Of a stretch of DNA of 64,000 nucleotides, positions 40,950-52,600 are shown one piece after another. Source of the DNA: Vicugna vicugna. Lineage: Eukaryota. The notes below the pieces were generated by a model, which did no database searches, was not told the origin of the DNA, and was given only the letters and a program-made list of their open reading frames with translations. Each line of letters begins with the position of its first letter. The first letter of the stretch is position 1. The translations under genes and the position numbers were made by a program. The stretch spans positions 4,351,308 through 4,415,307 of the forward strand of contig MU061578.1 in NCBI GenBank assembly GCA_013265495.1, written 5' to 3'.

Positions 40950-41285
40950 GCTGGATTGTAATGCTTACTGAGCACTAAGTACTACTAGGCACTGTGCCAA
41001 GAGTTTTTTATGTATTATTTAATCTTCAAAAAAGTTGTGAGGTTGGTATTACTACCATCTCTGTTACACAGATGGAGACATAGATTTATAGGCTAGCCAG
41101 CCTGGCTCTATGGTCACTCAGCTGAGTGGCACAGCCAAGATGTAACCCAGCTATCCCAAGACCAAAACCTGAAGTCTTTTTTTTTTTTTTTCTCCTTTTT
41201 TTTTTTTTTTTACATTTTTATTGATTCATAATCATTTTACAGTGTTGTGCAAAACCTGAAGTCTTAACCACAATGTAGGCTGCAT
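40950..41285 (-). mobile_element. MIR SINE, interrupted by a young L1 fragment
   Basis: tactgagcact...ggcactgtgcc...tttaatcttca...tgtgaggttggtattact...acagatggag MIR core. Confidence 0.75.
41163..41265 (-). mobile_element. Young, extremely 5'-truncated L1 insertion with poly(A) tail and a perfect 16-bp TSD
   Basis: CAAAACCTGAAGTCTT at 41163-41178 and 41250-41265 flanks a T tract and about 38 nt of L1 3' end. Confidence 0.88.
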
Positions 41286-42187
41286 CTTTTAAGTAAATAT
41301 ATTTAAAAATTCAAACATTTCGGTATTATGCCACCCACACATTTAGAATTTATTCTTGGAAGGGCCATAATGGGATTTGTTTATACAATGTCATGTTAAT
41401 CTTTTAATAAGATTTCTTTTTTTAAGTGTTTAAACAATACATATTATAGAAGAGTCAGAAAATATGGATAAGCAAAAAACCAAAACACCCCAAATTTTGT
41501 ATGCCGAGACAGCCAAAGTTAAGCGTTTGGTGTACATCCTTCTGGATGTATTGTGATCTTCTGAATAAAATTTATACCATACACTTTTCTTTTTTTCACT
41601 GTATATCGAGACTGTCTTTTCATGTCAGCACATTTCTGCTGCACTGATAACTTCAGTGACTCTGTAAGATTCTGACGTCAGTCCTCCATTTTTGTCCATT
41701 GAGACAAAATGTCCCGAATGCCATTTTTGTCCTAGTAGCTATTTCCTTTGGCTAGGGTCCCTTAAGGGGGGAAGAGATGAATCAAGGTGTGCCCATATTG
41801 AGGGTTTATTAGTAAAGCTAGCAGACAAAAGGTTCAACTGAGTCAAGTCTACCAAGCTGACAGATGTGAAAGCAAGCTAAAGGTCTATGGAAGGAGCATG
41901 TTCACATGTGGCCCCCTTGGGTGGCACAAGCCAGCACCCAGAGAATGTACAGTGCCCCTGAGGTCAGTGTTCACCCAGTGGTGGCACAAGCTTTGTCACA
42001 GACAGCTAGCATCAGCATTGCAGGTGTAGCACACAAACTCCTTGACTGTGAGAATCAAAAACAGAGAGACACCATTTCCCACAATTCCTGATGTTGCTAA
42101 AATCACAATAATCCTAATACCCAGAAAATAACATTTATCCCAACTTTTAATTTTGAATAAATTTTATATTATAAAATTGAAAGACTC

Positions 42188-42320
42188 GGGGGAGGGTATA
42201 GTTCAATGATAGAGTGCATGCCTAGCATGCATGAGGTCCTGGGTTCAATCCCCAATACCTCCATTAAACAAATAAATAAATAAACCTAATTACCTCCCCC
42301 CTAAAAAAAAAAAAACAAAA
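42188..42320 (+). mobile_element. tRNA-derived SINE (camelid vic-1 type)
   Basis: ggggagggtatagttcaatgatagagtgc...ggtcctgggttcaatcccc A/B boxes, A tail, aaagact flanking duplication. Confidence 0.9.
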
Positions 42321-42719
42321 ATGTAAAGACTAATGCACCAAACTCCATATATCCTGCACTAGATTCAACAGCTGTTGACATTTGCTATGTTCATTCTCTC
42401 CCCACGTCCTGCCTGGGTGTACCCACACACTTGTTTTTGAAAACTGAAAGTGAGTCGCAAAAACACTCTACCCTTTCAGCAGGCATCTCCTAAAAATAAG
42501 GATGTTCTACATAACCACAATACTCTCACCACAATTTTTAAAAATTCATAATATATTAATTCATATAGCATACATATGGCTTGACATCTGTTCTTGCGGA
42601 CTTTTAAAACATTGTTCATTATTAGGCTTTTATTTTTAAAAAAAGAGTATTCTACATCCACTTCATACGCTGTGAATATCTTTCCAGGTCGGTGAATATT
42701 TTCATAATCACCTTTAATG

Positions 42720-43060
42720 GCTGTGTCTTAGATCATGTACCCTAGAAGCAGGGCTAGAGCAGGGATAACTGTTGAGGTGGTCTTTAGGAGTGCTCTCAGG
42801 AGAAAGGAAGTGAATAACAAGTAGAAAGGGCAGGGAGCAAGCTAAGAAAGAACAGGGTGTTAGGATTGGAGATGAGCTTCAATCCCTGACCATCCCAAGG
42901 GGAAGTCATTGCAGGAATCTGCTCCCTCACCGTTCCTGTACCTTCCCCAGGTAAGTCTCCAACCCTCATAGAAGCTGAGGGATAGGAGTGTACCTACAGG
43001 TAAGGGGGATCTGGGTAGAGCCCAATATTCCCCTGTAGGTTACATAGGTTTCAAATGCTT
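42720..43060. mobile_element. Old MLT1-family LTR remnant
   Basis: ccctagaagcag...ggagtgctctcaggaga motif; boundaries approximate. Confidence 0.5.
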
Positions 43061-43739
43061 TGCTACTAGAAACAATGATGCAAGGACTGTCCTCCATACA
43101 CATCGGGAGTAGCAGATGGGGTTTGAGCCTGCAGTCACAGAGCTTGCCCACTCAGCCACCAAATCTACCGGCTCTAGCTTGGCCCTCATGTCCCATCTAT
43201 AAAATGGGCAAAATAACAGTACTTGTATAATCATATAATACAAATAAAGTGCTTATTACAAAATCTATCACATTAAAAGTACTCAATAATGTTAGTTATT
43301 AACATTACTGTAGCAATTTAATATCTAGAAACTTTTCCCAAAGAAATAACTAAGAATGTGTTCTGCTGTGAACCTGAAACTGCTCTAAAAGAATAAAGTC
43401 TATTAAAAAAAAAAAGAAGTAACTAAGAATGTGGCCAAAGATTAAGCTACAGCCATCATTTGTAATAGCAAACAATGGGAAACATTTTAAATGTCAAGTG
43501 GTATTAGATTAATTACGTTCACTATCCTATACTCATATAATGAAATCATATATTAAAATTATATAGAATATTTAATGATGTGAAAGTTAATTATAAATTA
43601 TTCAGTGTCAAAGCAGATTATAGTGTAACCTGTATTTGTAAATTATATGTGTGTTTAATTTGGGGGGATTTATTTTATAAATTATATGCTTTAACATAGA
43701 AAGATGGATAAAGAGACGATAAAAAGTCAGGAAAGACAT

Positions 43740-44252
43740 ACAAAAATGTGGGATACTTGTACATAGAAGTTCATGGTAGCTACGATTGGCTAATCACAAT
43801 AGCCAAAAGGTAGAACAGCCCAAACATCCACCAAGGTATGAATGTATAAACAAAAGGTGGCACATTCATTCAATTCATACATACTACTCAGCCATAAAAA
43901 GGAATGAAATTCTGACACATTATAACATGGATGAATCATGAAAACATGATGCTTAGAAAAATAAACTAGACACGAAAGGACAAATGTTCTACGATTCCAC
44001 TTATAAAGGTACCTAGAATTGTCAAACTCACAAAGTAGGTTAGAGGTCACCAGGGACTTGGGGAGGGAGAAATGGGGAGTTATTGTCCTAATGAATACAG
44101 AATTTCAATTTGTGGTGATGAGAAAGTTCTGGCAATGGATAGTGGTGATATTTGCACAAAATTGTGAATGCACTTAATGCCACTAAATTGTACACTTAAA
44201 AATGGTTCAAATAGTAAATTTTATGTAATGTATATTTTACCACAATAAAAAA
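43740..44252 (+). mobile_element. L1MB-type 3' end
   Basis: tactactcagccataaaaaggaatgaa...tgtatattttaccacaataaaaaaa. Confidence 0.85.
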
Positions 44253-44778
44253 ATATATATAAGGAACAAATATACTTCCCACCAGTTTAAAAAATTAGGG
44301 ATGAGAGATTATGGGTTTTCCTTTTTGTTCATCTATTATTTTCTAATTTTTCTATAATAAACACACAAAACTTTATAATCAAAAAATACATAAAAAGCAA
44401 AAACTCCAGGGTTCCCCAAGATGAATAATAAATGGACAAACATATATTGGGCTTCTGCCACATACACAGTACTGAACAACAACAAAAAACTTACCAAAGC
44501 TGAATTAGGAAAGGAAAACTGCATTGAAATGACCCAGTAATAGAAGATTAGGAAAATGATGTAGTCAGCAAACTATATAGAGCAATATAAAACATGTAGA
44601 TCAAAAGTCACTAGGACCAGGAAACGCAGCTTCTGGAGAAGAGTAGAGAAAGAGAAATTCTGGACAGGGGGTTATATATTTTGTGTTGATGGGGCAGAAT
44701 GCTTCCTTACTTCTTTAAGTGCCAGTCTTCTGGCTAATCTACAACCAAATTTTAGATATTGACCGATTCATAATCTCC

Positions 44779-44938
44779 TTTAACTAAGGAGACTCTATGA
44801 TATCACTGGAGGGACACAATTGCTTATTTCATCTGATTCAGGTAGCTTGACAGCTAATCCTGTAGATTCTTACGTCATAAGATGAAATAAGCGATTGTGA
44901 TGTCCCTCTAGTGATGTCATGGGGTCTCCTTAGTTAAA
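44779..44938. repeat. 160-bp inverted repeat (long hairpin, MITE-like)
   Basis: Arms 44779-44834 and 44880-44938 are reverse complements with 5 substitutions and one 3-nt bulge; an inner stem closes a 4-nt loop. Confidence 0.92.
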
Positions 44939-46263
44939 TGCTAGTGGACCAAGAGGTGACCAAGGAAGCAGTGAGGAGCCCTCTGCTGCCCTGCTAGGCC
45001 TTCACAGGCCTTGGTTGAGGAACACTGGGCACTACATATGTGCCTACTCTGAGAATGCTGGTATTCTACACCTGTATTATGCAGTTGAAGCCAGTGGTGA
45101 AACAGCCAGACCAGCTGAGGCCCATGGACTACAGGAGCCCAGACAGCTGGTTCTGGCACCCTTGGCCCAGGCATTGGCACTTGGGGACCTGTTGCTAGAG
45201 GTCAGGACCCCAGGAGTCCAGACACAGCAGCTCCTGACACAACATCTGGGCCAAGCGTCCTTCCTCATCTCCAGCACTCTTGGACACCCACACTTCTCTG
45301 TCTCCCCAACCTCACCCCTGGCTGCTCCTGAGGAGGGGAGTATCATCCTTACCCCTCTGCCACTCTCCTTCCTTCCCTCCCTGTCCACCTTCGCAATTCA
45401 CCTTGCTTAACACAATCATCATCCCCCCACAAGGGAGAAAGGAAGGAAGCCCTTCATCAGATACACTTGCTGTTTGCACAGCTAAAGTCAAGTCCTTCAT
45501 TACTTCATTTATTACCTAGACACACTAGGGGTCAACTCACATCCCCACTCCATGGCTGTATATGGTAAAAGCTAGAGAAAACATTACTGACAAGTAAGTT
45601 TATCTCCCAACACCAGCTTTAGAAAAGTATTTCATATACTTACTTTTTTTTCTTTTTTTCACCCCTGTGGTGGGTGAGGTGTAGTCTTTGAAGTGTCAGA
45701 CCCAAACTGTGTTGGCCAAAACTCCCACACTGTGAGTCAACACCAACCGTAGAGGTGAGTCTGTGCCCTGAAGCAAGTGCCAAGTGACTGGAGATGGTGT
45801 GGAGCTGAGCTGAGCGCTGTGGGGCTGCAGCAAAGGCAGCTGAGGTGGCGGGGCTGTCATCCCATCAAAGCAGAGCAGGTCGCCCACCCTTCCTAGTTCC
45901 TAAAGACTCGGCACTGCTCATGAAGCCTCTGAAGTTGGTCTCCTCCCAGTTGATTAAGACTCATAAATGTCAAGCCTGAGTCAGCAAGCCTTCACAAGCA
46001 CTGGGTAGCTTTGATGTGTCATAAGAGAAAGCAACAGATTAGAGAAGCTCTGCAGTGTTCAAAGCAGATGCACAGCTTCACTCATGGACTTCTGTTCCCA
46101 CCCAGTGCAGGGAGAGCCTGGTGCCTCTGCTGTCGGCTCCAGCAAAGTAGTCTGAGCCATGGCCAAGTCATTTTTAGAGGTTCTGCTCTTTCTCCAGGCA
46201 AACAAGACAAAGAGGAAAGGGGCTTAATACAAGAAATCATATCTGTGGGAAAGATTAAGCTTG

Positions 46264-46269
46264 TTTATT
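46264..46269 (-). terminator. Likely MEIOB polyadenylation signal AATAAA
   Basis: tttatt about 280 nt past the MEIOB stop. Confidence 0.6.
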
Positions 46270-46546
46270 AATTCAAGCAAAATTTTCCAACTTGGGAAGA
46301 AAGGAGGCAAAGCCAGTAGAAACAAGCCTTATAAGAAACAAGCTTGAGTAAGAGAGAGATTTTAGGATTTACCCCAAACCAACTCCAGGGGGAAACAGAA
46401 TAACAATTATAGACACATTCTCATCACATTTGAACAAAAAGCAATTTTATCCATAATTTTCAAATTCATTTTCCACTTTTTTTTCATTGTCCACTTTAAA
46501 GGTGGTGAAAACTCGTATTCTTTTCCAGAGTTTAAAATGGTATTTT

Positions 46547-46657
46547 TTAAATATTTCGTTGTCCAGACAAGTTCCTACTTGCTTCAATAGGATCTGCAAG
46601 CTTACAGGAGAGCACACTAATTCTCAGTCCACCCCTTGCTCTATGTGATAAAAAAAA
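46547..46657 (-). CDS. MEIOB: MEIOB last coding exon (14)
   Basis: [36 protein letters not shown]. Confidence 0.94.
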   Translation of the reverse strand, partial: FFLSHRARGGLRISVLSCKLADPIEASRNLSGQRNI

Positions 46658-49600
46658 CTGTAGGGAGAAAAAGAGAGAGAGTTCCTTTTTAAACCACCTT
46701 GTATATGAAGTTGAAAACCAATGACTACAAATAGAAAACAGCAATGAGTTTTGTTTACAGATGTGAACATAAACTTCAATTAAAGTTGTAAGATGGTGGA
46801 AAGCATTCCAGGCTCACGCAGAGTTGGAGAGAAATTACAGATCTGGCTTCTGACTGATTTTGTAAAAATCCACGTCATTTTTTCATAACCTTTCTTTCTG
46901 GTAGGAAAGTTGGGATTTCAAATCCAACATGAATAAAAAAGGGCTTAACATGTGTTTGCAACACCAGTGGTGACAGATGTGAACCTGCTGCAGAAACGTG
47001 ATCTGTTAGAGTACTGGGATACCACGATGCAGTTTATTAATAATGTCTGTCTTTTTACAATTTACAAAGCACTCTCACGGACATTTTGTTTAGTATAGCA
47101 TCGAAGGACCCATCAGCGAGCCATTTTAATTTCCTTCATTATTCAAGAATTGAATTAAATCTTTGACGTGTTCATTTTATTTTTGTATGAGTCACAGTTT
47201 TACCTTTTTGAAAATTATTCTTTAACACTAATATCAGACCTTACAAGGATTTGAAATAATATCACTGTTTTAAAACATTAAAATGAATACCTCACTTTGA
47301 AATGCCACCAAATGAACCATTTTAAGTAGCCATGATTTTTAATTGAAATATGATAAACATATAAAATGTCCAATCCTTATGGAAATCCTTTCTTTTTATC
47401 ATATTGGCAGGGCAATTTAAGTTCTTATTTTTTAAATTACATGTCCTGTTTTAACTGATTTATAGTAATTAAATTTGTATTTGAGTCTCATGATCTTTAT
47501 TACATTTTGTGATATAATCATTTTCCATCTGTTTTAAATCTTTGTTAAATCTGACAAATATCTTTGTAACATATTCTTTGGAAAGAAACACTATCCTTTC
47601 ACTTGAGAGCAATTTGTTGTTATGTTTGAATCAAGTTTGGGAAACTATAAGTAAGTTGCCATGAATTTAAATTGATCAAAGTCATAGCAACTGCACCTCC
47701 TGTTTGGAGGGAAAACATTAAGTTGGACAAGGATCTGAGGATATTCTGATTTGCAAATAGACAGTACAGTATTTCAGTGGATTGATGCTAATGGTGGAAG
47801 AGATGCAGTATATTATCATAACTTCCCTCTTTGACTTCATAATGAAGAGGCCTCAAACTGAGGTCCTAGAAATATCGGTGAGGCCATTGGTGACTCCATG
47901 TCTGCAACTTATTCAGATATGCTTGAGGAGCATAGGGGAGGAATGCTCTAGAAGGCAAGCAAGGGAAGGAAACCACTGGAAAATGAGAAAACCTGCTTAT
48001 GAGGCTGAGATAGAGCAGACACAGCATTCTCAAAGACTCTTTCAGGGTCTCCATGAGATCAAAGCTATTTTTACAATAATACTATGATGTTTTCTAGAGT
48101 CTACATGAGATGTACATCATTCTGACTGCTAAAAGAATGTGTGCTCATGAATGTTTTAAATTTTTCTCAAATTTTTAAAATTAAATTAAATTTTTACAAA
48201 CTTAATTGCTAAGTTCTAGTACGATAAATATCGACAGGTAAACTCACTTAAGAACTTGAAAATGAAAGGAGAAAACATCTGAAACAACGTCTGCTATAGC
48301 CCTATCTCACCTGTGACCTGGGGCAGGTACCAACATTTCTTGGCCCCATTTTCCTCATTTACAAAACAAGGGGAGTTTGTCTCACTGCCCATTTTATACC
48401 TTTAACACTAAGATTCTGTGACCCTCAAACACTGAATTGCTGCTATTGCTGCAGGAGTCTGCTCTGATCAGAGTTGAAGGATCACAGAATTTTAGAGACT
48501 TAGAGAAGTTAATTAACCTCCAGGGTCACACAGGCTGAGGAGTGGTGGAGCTGAGATTCAAACCCAAGTCTGTCTCACTGCAGCATCTAAGCATTTAACT
48601 ATGCTACTGCATACTGCTCACTGAAGTGAGGAGCGCAGCACATAGGGGCAGGGGGACCCAGCTTTGCCTCTAGAGCCCAGTTGGAGTTAACATTAATGGA
48701 TGTTTTCTTTGCTGGTCTTTTTCTTTTGGGTCATTTGTAACTCTTTTATACTGTATGAAAAAACCTGATTACTTCTACTGTTTCTATGGTAGCTGAATCC
48801 TTCTGCATATCTGGGAACTGGGCATTATTAAAAATAACAAATTCCCTAATTTATAGATCCTACTCTGGGATTTTCTTGTTGTTTAAACATACAGAATAAC
48901 ATAGAAGTGTAAAATGCACTAACTTTCAAATAAATTTTGCTTCTTTCCAAAAGAAATTGCCACTTCAATGTTGTTTTCTGTTCATCTGTCATTGCAAGAA
49001 ACTCATTTACCTGGTTAAAAAAAAAATCAAACAAGTATTTCCAAAGAATATACAGATAACCCATCTTGACAATAATGTGAAACTTAAGTTTGCTTACTAG
49101 AAATGAAATTTTATCCATAGTAATTATAGCTCAGTTCTCTCGATGAAGGACATGAGGCTAGCAAAGCTCTAAACTGAATCTCTGAAGCCAGTCCAGTGGC
49201 TTGGCACAGAAAGCGCCCCTCTTAACAAAGCAGAAAGCACTGAGGTTGCTAAACTTCAGGAGCAGGTTCTAACAATAAAAGCATCAAACCTAACATCAAG
49301 TGCACAAGCTAATCTCTGCTGCTGTGCTAGAGTTGCTGGATTGATACACGTGGGTACATGAAATGCTGCCAAACTCTCCCCATGAAGGACCCTGCTCAGT
49401 GTCTCCATGTGTTGTTTTGCCCATTGTTATCTGACTATATAAAATGTCATGTTTATTCTCCACTGTGTTCAAGGGCCTCTCTCATTATTCCTAACAGTTA
49501 ATGTTAGCTACAATTTTAATATACAACACATAATTTATTTGTTCAAAAAATCAAGATTGAATTTCCCCAGACTTCTTTATTAATTAATTAACTTCTATCA

Positions 49601-52600
49601 AACGCTCACCAGAAGAGCCTATATTTTGGGAGAAGAGAATTTAATTTGGTATTATTTCTAAACATATTTTCCTTTTTTCTATTTACCGTGCAGCCCAAAG
49701 TCTCCTCAGCAACACTTCCTGTGAGACCACAGGAATGGAGGGTACCTGTGTGATCAGTAAGATCAATTAGCATATCGAAGCTGAGAAAAACAGATTTAAA
49801 TCCCAAAGAATCTTTGTTGCAAGTTGTACAAGTGCTGGATGCTTCATTTACGATGTAACCACAACCTGAACTGAAAAGAAACAAAGACAATAAAATGTGA
49901 AGGCTCTAAGTGACAAATCTGACCAGAAGATCACCACTTAGACTTTTACTCTAGTCAGCACATGGAATATTTACGGAGTATAATTACAGAGTGCTCAGTG
50001 CTGAACAGGGTACACAATAGACCTATGAAATACCAAGGTATGATGCAAAATGATACAACATGCTTTCTACCCAGTCAACCTAATTTTCAGTATTCCTGCG
50101 TGGAAAACTGGGATAAGCCAGTTCTCCCACTATTCTTCCTCCTACCTTTCCCCATACTGGGGTTCCTGCCCAGGCTCACTTTCCTGCTAAGGCCTTCCTC
50201 TCCTGTTCCCTAGCCCTACCCTTTCCCTTCTCTGAACAGCTGCACAACTTAGACTTCCGCAGGGACTTATATCCTGTCACATCCTATTTCATGTTGTTGC
50301 AGGTATGTCTGTTTTATCTCCTGGCTCAGAGGTTGAGGGCAGGAATCCTGTCTTGTGCCTAGGAAGCCTGGATTCCATGAATACATACTTGGTCCTGTAC
50401 TAGGTCTTCTGTATATCTATCTACAGAATAACCCTAGGGTTGGGGAGGTATACCCTCTAAATACTGTTAGTACTGCTGGTAACACATTTCCTCTCTTTCA
50501 GGAGTAATTACATGCTATTCTATATTTTTGAAGAAGGCATTACTTTAGCCAATTTGAATAGGAAGACTAATTCAAATTTCTCAAGCAGAGGGAATGATCT
50601 GAAGATACTGGTTTCTTGTAAGCCACAAATCACTTTCTAAGTAAATTTTAGATGCTTTTCCTCAGATCTCAGTATTAAAGATGTAGGGAAAAATAAGGGA
50701 GACAATACATTTTAATGAAAAAAATAGTTTTCAAAAAATAAGCACCTGCCTTACACAATTGCCTCCATGTTAGTTTTTTTAACCTTAATACTGAATCATA
50801 AAATGTTTCAAAAATCCATAGGTCAATATTTTAACTGTGGTGGTAGACACACAAATCCACATGTGATAAAACTACATGGAATGTAACACACACACACACA
50901 CACACACACAAATGATGCACGTTAATTGGGGGAAATTTGAATAAAGTCAGTGGATTGAATTAATGTCATTACTGTCAGTGATGTGATACTATAGTTTTGC
51001 GAAATGTTTCCATTGGGAGAAACTTGATGACAGAGTGTACAGGGGACCTCTTTATATTATTTCTTACAGTGCCACGTGAATCTAGAACTACGTCAAAAAA
51101 TTTTTAATTACAAATCCATAGGGAGACTCACAAAAAACATTTTAGACTTTCCTTGCCAAGCATCTTTTGGCTAAGATTATTAAATCTACTGGTGTTTACT
51201 TTTCTATGGAAGTAGATACTAACTTTGACCTAGGAGAGGTTGAAAGTCATATTCATCATGCAGTTGAAATGATTTATTAAAATGCTGTCACTTGTATTGC
51301 TATAGGATGTGGTAATCAAAATAACTTTTTAATGCATTATAAAACAATAGTTTGTCATCCCACTTAAAAGTTTCTGGCAGTGTTATACTTTTCTATTTTA
51401 GGATTTCTGAAACACAGTAAATTAAATTTTACTTCAAGAGGCAATTATAATCTTTGAATATAAACACTATGCCAAGGAAACTTCAGTATGGGTTATTTAT
51501 TTACACATTTCTCTCAAATACACAACAACTATTATGTCAAAGAATAGCTTTAAATTCTATAGAGTTTAAAGTTTATTAACAATAATTGTTTTATTTCTTA
51601 TAAGAATGAACTTTCTAAAAGTAATTTGACTGCTTACCATCTATTTCGAACTACTTTTGTAGTTTCATCATCAATGTTCAGTGTAGAAATGTAAGCATAA
51701 AGAATTCCATAGAAAGGATCAGCTTTTCCTTCATTCTTCAAAGCTTTTACCTTTAATTGTTCAACTGTATAGACATCAACTATTGAATTTACTAAAAAAG
51801 AAAAAAAGTTATTACAGTTCTATGTGTACTCTAAGAACTCCAAAGAATTACTTCCAAATAGAAAAGCTACAAAGCTTAAATGAGAATATGTAGTAAAGTT
51901 ATGTAACAGAAAAAATATTATATATGATAGATTAAAACTGATTATATAAATGGACATGAAAGCAAAAATAAGCCAAAAAAAGGAAAAGAAAGAGAAAGTA
52001 ATCTTTATTAAAACAAATAATTTCTGGTCATCAGAAGAGCCCATTAAAAGAGTGAAAAGGCAGGCTATAGAGCAGGAGATGCTAGTAATCTATAAGGAGA
52101 CAATGGACTCATATCCAGAATATCTAAAGGATTCTTAAAAATCAATAAGAAAAAAGACAGTCGATTAAATTTTAAATGGGGAAGAGACTTTAAAAAGACT
52201 TAGCATAATGGATATAAAAACGGACAATAAACATATTGGCCTCACTCATCAAGTAAATGCAAATTAACCAACAGAAGGATACCACTAAACATTCACCATT
52301 TAAAAGACTAACAGTACAAACACTGGTGAGAATGTGGAGCAGCTGGGACTCCTGAACATTACTGGTAGAACTGGTAGAACTGTAAACTGGTGCAAACATT
52401 TTGGAAAGCCATCTGGCAGAATCATCTAAAAGTGCACGTGCATGATGAAGCAGTATTCCTCCTAGGAATATGTATATTCAACAGAAAAACAGAGGTTCAC
52501 CTAAAGTCACATTCAAAGAGAAAGTAGAAATTTTGTAATAGGAAACAATAAGACAGAGAAAGAAATTGTGATATAGTCATATAATGGAATTGTATACAAC

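Noticed and set aside
42188..42262. tRNA-like sequence with A and B boxes
   Set aside because: It is a SINE head: degenerate stems, A-rich tail and flanking duplication, not a tRNA gene
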